In this document: one piece after another, positions 46,016 through 56,876 of the stretch
Layout of the letters: every line of letters begins with the position of its first letter
How positions within the stretch are numbered: position 1 is the first letter of the stretch
Assembly: GCA_030603385.1 (NCBI GenBank)
Contig: JAUVXW010000011.1
Coordinates: forward strand, 29,564 to 93,563
Source of the DNA: Promethearchaeota archaeon
Lineage (GTDB): Archaea; Asgardarchaeota; Lokiarchaeia; Sigyniarchaeales; SOKP01
DNA: 64,000 nucleotides
Reading direction: 5' to 3'
Notes under the pieces: generated by a model
Seen by the model: the letters and a program-made list of their open reading frames with translations, nothing else
The model's database searches: none
What the model was told of the DNA's origin: nothing
Translations under genes and position numbers: made by a program

Positions 46016-46111
46016 TTTTCAAATTACAATTAGCCTTTCTTAAATAAAAATCTTTTAATTAATTTTCATTAAGTTATTAGAATTAATTGAAGAAATATTG
46101 AATTAAATCTT

Positions 46112-46339
46112 ATGAGTAAAGTTTATACTTCTGCTGTCGTGATAATACCCCCAGATTTTTCTGCAATTCGTGAAATTATTCCAGATGTAGAACATTTCAT
46201 AAAATGGATTTTTAAAACAGTGTTCAATAGTCCTATTGACCTACATTCAATATCAACAGCAGATGAAGATAAGATATTTGAGGATTTTTCAAAATGGAAA
46301 ACGAAAAAATTAATTGTAAATCCAAAATTAACTCATTAG
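46112..46339 (+). pseudogene. Chimeric ORF: N-terminus of a 2H phosphoesterase/2'-5' RNA ligase-like gene fused to an unrelated fragment
   Basis: MSKVYTSAVVIIPP, after which the expected PHITL motif never appears. Confidence 0.5.
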
Positions 46340-46516
46340 CAATTTTTCTCATGCTTAATTTAGTAGCATTACCATCAGGAGTCTTTTCACCAACAGAAAT
46401 TAATATAGAGGATCATTCTACACCTACTTTTTTAGGAGAGGGCACCACGGGGGAGGGAGACATAGAGAGAGAAAGACCTTCCAAAAATTAAAATATGAAT
46501 TATTATACAATTCTTA

Positions 46517-49144
46517 CTAAAAATCTGGTGAAATATTTAACATTCTACTTTGAATTTCTTTTCTCTTCTTTTGAATTAACCTTCTACCCTCGAAATAGTC
46601 CTTTCCAAATTTTAATTGTTCTTCTCGAGAAAACTTAGGAACAATAATCTCAGTTACATATTCATTATGAAGTCTATACCTGCTGGGTGTGGCACCCGTA
46701 CATTTTGATAATCCTTGTTTAATAAACATATCAGATTTAACTAACCAAAGAATAAAATCAGTTGATACTCCACTTTTAGGTCGTAAGACTAAAAATTCTG
46801 AAGAACCATAACAAGTATCGATATCTTGTGACACTGCAACACTTTTTTTATTATTAAATGAAGGACCTAAGCGTGCTATCAGTATATCCCCACCTCGAAA
46901 CTTTTTCACTTGATTTTTTATTTCTTCAGAGGGTTTTAAAAATTCTGGCTCATCAATATAAAAAGAATCGTTTTCTAATCCTTCTATACTAACATAAGGA
47001 ACCTCCTCACCTATTAAATCTATTCTAGGATTTACTTTTTCCTCAATTACATAGATACATTCTGAGAAGTAACAGGTTTCTGGAAATCTTTTTTCATCAA
47101 TTGGAAAATATTCGTAATATTTTACATCGAATCGATTATTACATAATTTTATTTCAGGAATCATATAATGCTTCCCATATACAGAGTCGATCTTACCTTT
47201 TTCTTTAAATTTTAAATAAGCTTTGATAATATCGTCAACATCACTACCCTCAACTGGGCGTCCAGTATTATCATATCCAATATTATTAACGAAGCCCATA
47301 AAAACATTATGGTTATTACTTGCTTTATCATTCTTGGGATTAATAAAACTCTGAAGTGTTTTTTGGGAAGATTTCTTTTCAATTTCCTCAATTTTCTTTT
47401 TTTTTTCTTCATTAGAGAGTTTTTTAAGAAATAAAATTGCTGTTTTAACGCCAGTACCATAAGGTTTAAAAGTTTCCAATGGTAAACTTATAACTGCAGT
47501 AATCTGTGAATGGATATAAATCCATTGCCTTATACCTGCATTACTTTTATTATCTAAAATACTTTCAGGGATTACAATTCCAAGTTTTCCATTATCCTTA
47601 AGATATGTTAAGCATCTTTCTATAAATAAAATTTGACTATCAGCTTTACCCCTCATTGTTGTAATAATATCAAATTCTTTAGTTTTTCGAGGATCGTTAA
47701 TTTTCATTCCAAAAGGAGGATTGGTCATTACTTTAGTTAGACCCTTCTCGACGAACCCTTCTTTCCGAACTTTACCATTTTCATAATCAACAATGGAAGT
47801 TAATGGATCTAATGAGTCTATTTTGCGCAAGTCAATAAAAGGAGCTTCATTTAAAAAGCAATTTACCTTCGCTATATGGAGTATATTTTCTGCATTATCT
47901 GCTCCAAAAAGATTATTATTTCGAAATTTGAGAAAATCTTCATTCTCTGGATTCTCAATATCTATTTTATTTTTTTCGGCAATATAATTTAAAGTGTGTG
48001 TATGAAATCTTGCGGGGCCACAACAAGGATCTCCAATTAGGTCATCTACTTCAGGTTCTAGTATTCTTACTATTATATCAATTACTTCTGTAGGGGTGAA
48101 AAACTGACCTAAATCATCTCGAAAGGTTCTTCCTAAAAAATCTTCAAAAATTGATCCTTTTAACGAGGGAGGACTATTTTGGAAGGAAAAGGCTTGAATC
48201 TTTTCTACTATTCTATAAACTGTATTTGCCCTTAATGTTATTTGGGAATTAGGATCAAATATTCTTCGTGAATTGTCAAATCTACCATATTTCTCAAGAA
48301 TTTTTTTTTCCCATTCTTTTGCAGCTTCAAATGTCATTCTAACTTGAGATAATAATCTTTCAGGATCCGTTTTTGTTCCAACACTAAAAACGAAGGCTCT
48401 ATTCTCCTTCTTTTCTTTAGCTAATTTCACAGTTTCGATTTCGTCGAAAATTTTAGCAAATAATATTTTCGTCATATCTTCTACAGCTTCTTGAGGATTT
48501 CTTCCTTCATTTGATCTTAATAATCCGTGTATACCACCTCTGGTATCACCAAGGATATTTTTAAATTCTTCACGAGTTAAAACTCTTAAATGAGTTTTAA
48601 TATTATTTGGAAACTTTTCATTATATATTACCGTAAATTTTCTATTTTTCGCAGCTTCTCGTGCTGATTCATATTTAGGAAGATCTGAAATTGGTTCTAA
48701 TGCTCTTGGATATTCCAAATCTCTTCTATAAAATTTTGTTATATTACCATTTGATAAAATAGCATATCTAGCACTATTTGATAATGACATATATTGATTT
48801 AGACGATCATAATGTTCATTCCAAACTGAAGAATCTTCTGAATATTCTGGAGCTAGAAGTTCTACCATAATAAAAACTACTTGATTTGAAAATCTATCAT
48901 CAAATATCTCTATATCAGGTCTCTTGATTGGTCTTCTATGCTCACTTTTTCTAATATCTGTCACTTTTTCAATTACTTCAATATCCATTTGTTCTAATGG
49001 AACATTATAATTGTTAATTAAATGAGCGATCATCCATTGTCTAACAGGTTCTTCAGCAGGATTTATATATTCCTCTTTGGGAGTTAAGACTTTATTTATG
49101 AAATATTTGGGTTCCAACCAATCTTCTTTTTTAAAAGTATCCAT
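46517..49144 (-). CDS. Type IIG-like restriction-modification fusion (HsdR_N-like nuclease + N6-adenine MTase + TRD)
   Basis: EEPVRQ...RPDIEIF; GQFFTP, DPCCG, NPPFG, G.LGIVIP; C-terminal specificity-like GDILIARLGP...GSSEFLVLR. Confidence 0.92.
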   Translation of the reverse strand: MDTFKKEDWLEPKYFINKVLTPKEEYINPAEEPVRQWMIAHLINNYNVPLEQMDIEVIEKVTDIRKSEHRRPIKRPDIEIFDDRFSNQVVFIMVELLAPEYSEDSSVWNEHYDRLNQYMSLSNSARYAILSNGNITKFYRRDLEYPRALEPISDLPKYESAREAAKNRKFTVIYNEKFPNNIKTHLRVLTREEFKNILGDTRGGIHGLLRSNEGRNPQEAVEDMTKILFAKIFDEIETVKLAKEKKENRAFVFSVGTKTDPERLLSQVRMTFEAAKEWEKKILEKYGRFDNSRRIFDPNSQITLRANTVYRIVEKIQAFSFQNSPPSLKGSIFEDFLGRTFRDDLGQFFTPTEVIDIIVRILEPEVDDLIGDPCCGPARFHTHTLNYIAEKNKIDIENPENEDFLKFRNNNLFGADNAENILHIAKVNCFLNEAPFIDLRKIDSLDPLTSIVDYENGKVRKEGFVEKGLTKVMTNPPFGMKINDPRKTKEFDIITTMRGKADSQILFIERCLTYLKDNGKLGIVIPESILDNKSNAGIRQWIYIHSQITAVISLPLETFKPYGTGVKTAILFLKKLSNEEKKKKIEEIEKKSSQKTLQSFINPKNDKASNNHNVFMGFVNNIGYDNTGRPVEGSDVDDIIKAYLKFKEKGKIDSVYGKHYMIPEIKLCNNRFDVKYYEYFPIDEKRFPETCYFSECIYVIEEKVNPRIDLIGEEVPYVSIEGLENDSFYIDEPEFLKPSEEIKNQVKKFRGGDILIARLGPSFNNKKSVAVSQDIDTCYGSSEFLVLRPKSGVSTDFILWLVKSDMFIKQGLSKCTGATPSRYRLHNEYVTEIIVPKFSREEQLKFGKDYFEGRRLIQKKRKEIQSRMLNISPDF

Positions 49145-49146
49145 AT

Positions 49147-49302
49147 TTAATCGTTATTTTCATTTTCTATTTTTTTCTTTAATTCAGTTAAAGCTACTTC
49201 TACACCGTGAGATTTACTGCCAAATCTTAAAGATTCTACCTCATTTTCCAGCCAATTATGAAGATCTTCATCAATCGTAACACTTATTTTGACTTTTGGT
49301 AT
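49147..49302 (-). CDS. Ribbon-helix-helix (CopG-like) protein, 51 aa, not in the ORF track
   Basis: (M)PKVKISVTIDEDLHNWLENEVESLRFGSKSHGVEVALTEL... It starts at ATA 7 nt after AAGGTG and stops 2 nt before the R-M ATG. Confidence 0.8.
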   Translation of the reverse strand: MPKVKISVTIDEDLHNWLENEVESLRFGSKSHGVEVALTELKKKIENENND

Positions 49303-49454
49303 AGTCTAGCACCTTCTTCATATTTAATTGATAGAACTATCAAATAAAAAATCCTACTTTGTATAAGAATATAGTATAAAAGTATAAATATATGATTAAG
49401 TATTAGTAGTATTATAGAGCCTTTATCGCATAACGGAACTATCATACTACCATA

Positions 49455-49774
49455 ATGGTTAAATATAAGATAATAGAGATTTCTGAAAATAAAAAATTAA
49501 TAAAAAATGGAAAAGATCTTGACCTTTTAGAGGCAATATATTTAGCATTTAATAATGTCAAGGATACTGAATTGTTTGGATTCATTGCGTTTGGTGAAGA
49601 TCTATTAGTAACAAGATACCTAAAAAGACTCTCATAAAAGTACAATGCATGAGCGAAGATGATGACATAATTTTTACTGTTTCATCCGCTAAACAAAAAA
49701 ATGAAATACCTCCTGAATTGTTAGTTGAATTGGAATCCCTTATTGAAAAGACTCGTCAAAAACTCAAAATTTAA
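49455..49774 (+). pseudogene. Frameshifted hypothetical gene
   Basis: The 60-aa ORF continues in another frame from ~49620 (KTLIKVQCMSEDD...QKLKI*). Confidence 0.55.
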
Positions 49775-49832
49775 ATTATCTTTTTTTATTTTGTATCTCA
49801 AACTATATATTAAGCTAAAATGAAGAAGATTG

Positions 49833-50219
49833 ATGTCAGTACGATATTAAGGTAAAACTTATAACGTAAAGAAAAAAAGGGGATTAGTTACTTTAGACTT
49901 AACCGCAAAAGGGATAACTGACATCAGAGAGATAAAGGGTTTTGAAAATTTGACTCATTTACAAATTCTAAAACTGTCAGACAATCAAATCTCTGGAATT
50001 ACTGGACTTGAAAATCTAATATCTCTCCAAAAGCTTTATCTTTCTGAGAATGAAATTAGAGAAATAAAAAACATTGGTAACTTGATCAATTTACAAGAAC
50101 TTTATCTTAATGATAATAAAATTCAAGAAATTAAAGGTATTAAAAATCTAGATAACTTAAAGCTTATCAATTTAAATAACAATTTAATAACTAAATCTGC
50201 GAAAAGCGGGAATTATTGA
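49833..50219 (+). pseudogene. SDS22/internalin-like LRR gene with a nonsense codon
   Basis: MSVRY*GKTYNV...LDL..KGITDI.EIKG.ENL followed by 22-aa LRRs; TAA at 49848. Confidence 0.8.
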
Positions 50220-50249
50220 CTAAAATAATTTTATATTAGGTGAAAATTA

Positions 50250-50986
50250 ATGAGTGATTTAGATAAAATAAATGAACAGATTAAAATATTCAGTAATAAA
50301 GTAGAATTTCTAAAGAAAAGTGGGAACGCATAGGCACATAAATATCAAACAATGGTGAATAAGCTAAAAGTCCAAAAAGAAATTGAGGAAAAAAACAGAG
50401 CAAATGACGAAAAGCGGAAAAAGTTGAGAGATGAAATCGACGAGTTAAGAGAGACAAAAGAGAAATTACAGCAAAATCATCGAATTCTCAAAGAGAGCAT
50501 AGAAAACTTTGAAAAATCAAAACGTGAGTTCATACAAAATAGTGAAGAACTGTTTAAAACCGCACAAAATCTATAATCTTTAATCAAATTAAAAATCATT
50601 TCGATTGGCTTTCGTATTTAAGAGAATATAGACACCATCTTGTTCATAGATTGATTATAAATATTTCTAAGGAGTATAAAACTTTGAAAATATATGATTC
50701 ACTCAAAACTTATTCTCGACCAATTATAATACCTGAAAAATCACTTAAATATATTCCAGATACACGCAGAAGTAGAATGCACGATATGGGTTCAAGTCAT
50801 AAATTTGCTAAATTAGAAATTAAAGCACAACTTGGTAACGAGCCAGTAACAACTCATTTTGAGTATTTACCTATTATTGGATACATTCCCATCGAAAAAT
50901 TCATGGAAAAACAGTTAAATAAATTCAAACTGTTTTTTAACGATTTTATAAATGTTCTTACTTCCTTAGAATTTAAACAAGTATAA
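50250..50986 (+). pseudogene. Disrupted coiled-coil gene
   Basis: GGTGA + ATG 50250, in-frame TAG at 50331, then track ORFs 50352-50576 and 50651-50986. Confidence 0.6.
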
Positions 50987-51187
50987 CTTCGCTTTATAAA
51001 TATACCTATTTTGAAATGCAACATTATTATGATAGCAAACTCGTAATAATATTTTGGATATTATTACCACTTAATGTTATAAATCTTATTTTTAAAATTA
51101 AAATAGCTATATCTAATCTATAGACCTTAATTTTTCTTATATTTATCTAGATTTTTAATTTTTATTCTTAATCTAGAAAATAATAAA

Positions 51188-52078
51188 TCATTCAGGAAAG
51201 TATTCCTGTAGGCCAGATCGTTCGAGATTTGCACATAAATTATTTCCATGAAAAATCCAATTTTGAGTATTGCTCCATTCCTCCTTGATATTCTCTTTCA
51301 AGTTAATTAAATAGCGATTCATTTCTCCATTATTAGTACCCATCCCTGATAATAAATCCCTTACATTTATTCCGTGGACACCTCCTAAAATACATTCTAA
51401 AAAATAGGTGCATCTTGGGGGATTTTCCGAGTGGATTGCTTCTCGGATAGTCATCATGCGAATATCACTATTATAATCCCTTTTTGCTCCAATATCTGTA
51501 TGGATTGAAATCAGACCGAATACAGTACGATTTTTTTGATTACATATCACTTTCACAGGATGAGGAGCATAACTATGGGCATTTATTATATCAAATTGAA
51601 TATGCTCACCTAATCTTCTTCTATATTCATATATTTTTTCGTGACAATTAGCATAATTTTCCTGTTCTGGATAAAAAGTCCAAAGAAATTCTGCAATCCC
51701 TTTTTTTCCTTCTTGAACATTGCTTTTTTTGTTGTAATTATTTAACGAGGTTCTTATTTTTTTCATTAATTCGATTGGATAATCTTCCCTTATAGCAATC
51801 TTTTGCAAAGCTTCATCTCTGACATAATAACTGAGACATTCAATAGTATTTCTTGATTTATCAATGACTTCATCATTGCTAACTTGAACTCCTTCAGGGT
51901 CAAATCCCTTCCCTATATCCATACAATGACCTTCATTTGTATTGAAACCGCGGGATCCTTTGAATCGAACAATGAAGGGATTAAAAATTTCAATATCTCT
52001 AGTAGATGGTCGTTCATTAATTCCATAATAACTCATCAATGATCCAAATCCAATTATTAGAATCATAATCATTGTCAC
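51188..52078 (-). CDS. Hypothetical protein
   Basis: Intact 296-aa ORF with several His/Cys residues; no family recognised. Confidence 0.7.
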   Translation of the reverse strand: MTMIMILIIGFGSLMSYYGINERPSTRDIEIFNPFIVRFKGSRGFNTNEGHCMDIGKGFDPEGVQVSNDEVIDKSRNTIECLSYYVRDEALQKIAIREDYPIELMKKIRTSLNNYNKKSNVQEGKKGIAEFLWTFYPEQENYANCHEKIYEYRRRLGEHIQFDIINAHSYAPHPVKVICNQKNRTVFGLISIHTDIGAKRDYNSDIRMMTIREAIHSENPPRCTYFLECILGGVHGINVRDLLSGMGTNNGEMNRYLINLKENIKEEWSNTQNWIFHGNNLCANLERSGLQEYFPE

Positions 52079-52624
52079 CTTCCTCTTTTTTCATATCAAT
52101 TTTTTTTATTCTTCATATATTTATTTTTATTTTGCTTTCTAAAGATTATATTTTTAATTTACTTTAATGTTTACTATGACTATATCTTAAATAAATGTGT
52201 TTTAAACTTTTATGTAGGAAATATAATAGAGAAAGAGGAGTCAAAATTGGCAATACTTATTAGCTTTTTATCAAAACCAATTAAAGTAACATGAATCTTT
52301 CAGTAATAAATCCAGATACTCAGACAAATTTCAGTAAAAAGTTAATTACTATGAAAGAAAAAAATTAGAAAAGAAAAATTACAAATCTATTACTTTTATT
52401 AATTGAAAAATGAAATTTATATCATAGAACTGATGAAATGTGATTTACTCAAATGAGTATAGATAATATGAAGGGAAAATGTGATATCTGTGGGAAGGAA
52501 CCCATTTATATAAATTCATATTATTGAGTTAACATTAAGTTTATAAATTCTTAAAATCATATATAAAAAAGAGATACTCTCCATTAAGTTAAATTGCTTA
52601 TAATTCCATACTTAATTCAATAAA

Positions 52625-53848
52625 ATGAAAAGTATAAAGAAACAAAATATAATTAAGGCGCTTGATACACTTGAATTAATTAAATGGTTAAATTTTAAGT
52701 TTCAAGTAGATTCCCGAGAGATTAATAATATCTATGATAATTATAAAAATGAAGAACCCGAAATAATAGTATTTACACATTGGATTACATATATTAACGA
52801 TCGTATGAAAAAGGTTTCTCCAGAATTATGGGAAAATTGGGTTAATTTCTTTGGATATATTATCAAAAGATATAAAACAGAAATTAATAATTTCAAGGAT
52901 TTTGATGAATTTAAAGTTAAGATCGAAGAGATTAGAGATGAAATCGGACCTGACCGAAAGATAGAGCAGATATATCCGCAAGATTGGGGGAATATTTTAT
53001 ATACATTATGGATCCTGGGAAAATTTTATGAGAAAAGCTTTTTAATTTTTCTTGAAGACGTTTTTAAGAATTTGAAATCTACTAAAAAAAATAGAAATGA
53101 ATCAGAATTAGTATTTCTAGGTTTTTTATTAAAATTACTTAGCTATTCTGCTACAGATAAAAAGGGGAAATTAAAATTCTTTCATGAAAAATTAACTTCT
53201 TTTTTTCAAAATTTTAGAACTATGGGAGCAGATATAGAAAAGCAGTTTTCTTCTTATCGTAATTTAAATTGGAGAAATTGGTTATCTGATAAAAGGTATA
53301 ATAGTAAAAGATTAATGGCTTGTTTGAGAGATTTAATTAGAGCAAAATTTTTTATAAAGCAATTTCGTTCAATTGAAAAGCAGCATATAAACAAGTATCC
53401 AAATTTATTTTCTAAGAATGATATAAATTGGTTTTCATTAAATCCTAATGACTTAGAATTACCTGGTGATAGATGGAATATTAGATTTTTTCTTCCGGCA
53501 GTATTAAAGGTTTGCAGCTTTAATATTAAAAGATATGATAATGCTAGTAGAATGACGAGAGAAATCTATGACACACTTAAATCTATTTCTTTAAAAAACA
53601 ATTTAATTAAATCAGATAATGATTTTGGATATTATCCAATTGATATGGATTTTACATTTTGGTTTGTTCCTAAATATTGTGAAAACAATTATTGCAATAA
53701 TTGTCCTTTTGGTCCAGAAGGATTTCAATGCCGTCCAAACTTAGAAAAATGTAGTTTTTATGAAAATGGTGAGATTGAATGCTTTGGAAAGGAGAAATGT
53801 CCAATTTTCAATAAAAAAGGGATGGGAATGTGTGGCCTTAGTTTTTGA
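52625..53848 (+). CDS. Putative HhH-superfamily DNA glycosylase-like protein with Cys-rich (Fe-S?) C-terminus
   Basis: KRLMACLRDL...LELPGD.WN.R...YP.DMDF.FW, then Cx4Cx2CPF; 8 Cys in the last ~60 aa. Confidence 0.55.
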   Translation: MKSIKKQNIIKALDTLELIKWLNFKFQVDSREINNIYDNYKNEEPEIIVFTHWITYINDRMKKVSPELWENWVNFFGYIIKRYKTEINNFKDFDEFKVKIEEIRDEIGPDRKIEQIYPQDWGNILYTLWILGKFYEKSFLIFLEDVFKNLKSTKKNRNESELVFLGFLLKLLSYSATDKKGKLKFFHEKLTSFFQNFRTMGADIEKQFSSYRNLNWRNWLSDKRYNSKRLMACLRDLIRAKFFIKQFRSIEKQHINKYPNLFSKNDINWFSLNPNDLELPGDRWNIRFFLPAVLKVCSFNIKRYDNASRMTREIYDTLKSISLKNNLIKSDNDFGYYPIDMDFTFWFVPKYCENNYCNNCPFGPEGFQCRPNLEKCSFYENGEIECFGKEKCPIFNKKGMGMCGLSF

Positions 53849-53888
53849 ATATAAAAATATAATTTTTCAATTCTATAGGTGATAAAAA

Positions 53889-54698
53889 GTGGAATTTGGA
53901 TATGTTCGGCATAAATTAGAAGATGATAATGTAAATGAAATGCTTTTTAATGAAAAAAAGATAGCAATAGTGTTTGAAAATAAGAAAAGCATTAATCCTG
54001 AAGATTATGGGAGATTTGGTAAATCTGCTCTTAAATTATTAAATGAATTTTGCGATAAAGGTGTAATAGTCGCAGCAGATTATCCTACAATTAAGCCCGC
54101 ATCTATATATCTAGGCAAAATCAAAAGAGGATCTCAAATTCAACCAATTAATATTGAAGGTATATGGTATAAAACTGTTATGATAGAAAATATTAAAGAA
54201 ATTCCCTATTCTAAATATCCAATCTTAAATGCTATTAGACCAATAGGGAATACTATTTCGAGATGGCCAAAAGCAGAAAAAATTTTACCTTACATTTATA
54301 ATAATAAGCCTTTACCTTTTAAAGTGAGCTCATTGACCTCCGAACAGTTAGAACTTATTTGTTCTGAGTATCTAAAAATTCTTAAGGTTATTAATGCCCC
54401 CTTATTAAAAGTTGGGGGCTCTCAGCCAAAAATTGATATTTCTGGAATAGGAATTGAGGGTAAAAGAGTTTATGCACAGGTATCTTTTAAAGAAAGTAAG
54501 AAGGAAATAGAGAATAAAATAGAATTATTAAAAACATTTGAATCAGAGGATTCGATTCTTATTTATTTTGGACCTAAAAAATTGAGTGAAGATTTCGAAA
54601 GGATTACATATATTGCAATTGAAAAAGTATTTGAGACTTTAACAAAATACCCATTTTCTACATATTATTTAATGATTCAAGAGATGTTGTTGGGTTAG
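53889..54698 (+). CDS. Mrr-like PD-(D/E)XK endonuclease
   Basis: EQLELICSEYL...GG....IDI.G......YAQVS; GGTGA + GTG start 40 nt after the upstream gene. Confidence 0.65.
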   Translation: MEFGYVRHKLEDDNVNEMLFNEKKIAIVFENKKSINPEDYGRFGKSALKLLNEFCDKGVIVAADYPTIKPASIYLGKIKRGSQIQPINIEGIWYKTVMIENIKEIPYSKYPILNAIRPIGNTISRWPKAEKILPYIYNNKPLPFKVSSLTSEQLELICSEYLKILKVINAPLLKVGGSQPKIDISGIGIEGKRVYAQVSFKESKKEIENKIELLKTFESEDSILIYFGPKKLSEDFERITYIAIEKVFETLTKYPFSTYYLMIQEMLLG

Positions 54699-55287
54699 GA
54701 TAAGACTTATAATAAAGAATTATAAAAAAATAAAGCATGATCAAATAAAGAATTATATGAAAAATTTTCTATTTTTTTTCCAGAAAGAAGAATCTCGGTT
54801 GTTGATCTGAAATTACATCTTTTTTTTTCTGATCCAAGATTGAATAAATAATTAAAAGTCTTTTACTAATGTATTTAGGATCTAATACTAAGGCTTTACA
54901 TTTAATCTTGTTATTTTTAATTGGTTTAGTCTACACAGGATCACTATTATTTAATATTAAAAATTCAATTTGCTCCAAAAAATTAATAAGAGTAAGATTG
55001 ACATTTAGTCATTAGAGAAGATTTTCATCAAAACCCATAATTCTAATCAATGACTTATAATATAATAAATAAAAATAGAGGAATAGAATATAAAAAAGAC
55101 TTATATAATCATACATAAAAGATCCTACATACATTGCTGCACTTACACAAAGTTTGGTCGATGTAGAAATATTTAACCAAATCTCTTCTGCGTACTGTTG
55201 ATTAACTTCTTTATCTATAATTTTATATAATTCTTCAATTATGGGTTCTAATTGAATAAGAATTGTCTCAAATTAAAGCAAAATTAT

Positions 55288-56016
55288 TTATAAAATAAAG
55301 CCATCTAAAGGGTCACCACACTTAGGACATTTATTTGCACGTGGAGACACTCGATTCCCGCAATATGGACACTTTTCTAAGTAATTAAGAAAGATAGATT
55401 TATTATTTTCAAAATATTCTGGATAATGATATTCTATACCCTTATCTTTACCTTTAGCTGTAATCCAGATTCCTTTATAGAACAACCCCAATTCGGTAAG
55501 AAATTCACGGATATCATATTGAACATTATCTAACATAGCAAATAATTTCAAATTTTTATTAAAACTTTCAATCCATGATTCAGTGATCTCATAAGATTCA
55601 GGAACATTTTTCAGGAAGAGATATAGAGCTAATTTCTTATCCTTACTCAGTTTCTTGATTTTATTTAAAATAAAATTATTTATCTCTTTTTTATAAGTGG
55701 CATATATTTTTCTTGCTATATTATAATCCATGTCTTCAAACATATCTATTTCATTATCCTTTAGAAGTACAATAATTGCTTCCCATAAATCTCTAAACTC
55801 GTTTTCACTTAAATCTGGGAATTTAAATAGTAAATTAGATTTTGAATCTAACTGTAAGTTATTTATAGAATAGTAATTATCTCTTACTGCGGTTATTCCA
55901 GTTATTCTACAGGTAAATCCATAAAGTAAAAAAATTTTTCTTAAATCATTTTCCAATCCTTTAAGAAGATCCTCAATCCTTTGGGTTTTTTCAAAATCCT
56001 CCATTTTTAATCCCAA
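55288..56016 (-). CDS. Hypothetical protein with C-terminal zinc ribbon
   Basis: CPYCG...CPKCG. Confidence 0.75.
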   Translation of the reverse strand: MGLKMEDFEKTQRIEDLLKGLENDLRKIFLLYGFTCRITGITAVRDNYYSINNLQLDSKSNLLFKFPDLSENEFRDLWEAIIVLLKDNEIDMFEDMDYNIARKIYATYKKEINNFILNKIKKLSKDKKLALYLFLKNVPESYEITESWIESFNKNLKLFAMLDNVQYDIREFLTELGLFYKGIWITAKGKDKGIEYHYPEYFENNKSIFLNYLEKCPYCGNRVSPRANKCPKCGDPLDGFIL

Positions 56017-56212
56017 ATATAGTTTCTATATAAATAGGATTCTATAATTTAAATTGTTTTTAGATTTCAACTAAAAATTAAAGAAACTAGGACTAAATAA
56101 GTTTATAATAGTCAACTTTTATTAATTTGTTGATGCTATTTATCTATTTAATTAATTTAAATCAATTAAAACTCAGATCTCCTTTATAAGGAAATTAAAA
56201 AATAGTGATTAA

Positions 56213-56605
56213 GTGAAAGTTAATAAGATACCGATTAGACCTGATAAAATAGGAATAGATTTAGTATTGTGTCCTAAAACAAATTTATATTTACAAGATT
56301 TATTTTGTCGTAGATGTCCTTATTTAGAATTCGATAACGAAAAATTTATTCAGTGTAATTTTACAAGACATAGATATGGTAAGTCAGATCCCGTTAAAGA
56401 TAGATTAATTAAGGATCTTTCTGATGCATTTATTAGAGAACTTCCAATAAAAGATAAAAAAAGACCAATGACTAATTTTACAGAGAGGTTAAAAGAGCCT
56501 AAATTACCAAAAACTAATGGTGAATTATTAATGGAAGAACTCTCTCAACATTTAAAAAAAAAGAATCTATCCTCGAGATCAAATAATATTAAAAATGATA
56601 AATAA
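56213..56605 (+). CDS. Hypothetical protein with 4-Cys N-terminal motif
   Basis: CP...CRRC...C; GTG start after GTGA. Confidence 0.6.
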   Translation: MKVNKIPIRPDKIGIDLVLCPKTNLYLQDLFCRRCPYLEFDNEKFIQCNFTRHRYGKSDPVKDRLIKDLSDAFIRELPIKDKKRPMTNFTERLKEPKLPKTNGELLMEELSQHLKKKNLSSRSNNIKNDK

Positions 56606-56876
56606 ATTGAACTTTTATTTCTTATTTTTAAAATAAGAACTTTTCTTAACCTTATTAGGTTTAATTCTTTTTACAGATTGGGATTCTATAATATTTACAT
56701 TTGATAGTTTTAAAATATATAAATTACAAAAATGTGAGTGAGTTATTATAAAATAAAGATTTTATTAATAATCAATAGAAAAACAAATTTTTTTGACTTA
56801 AAAATAAAAGATTGTAATTAAGATTATTTTTATTAATTTAATTAAAATTCAGAAATCATAAATCCTAATACTTTTT

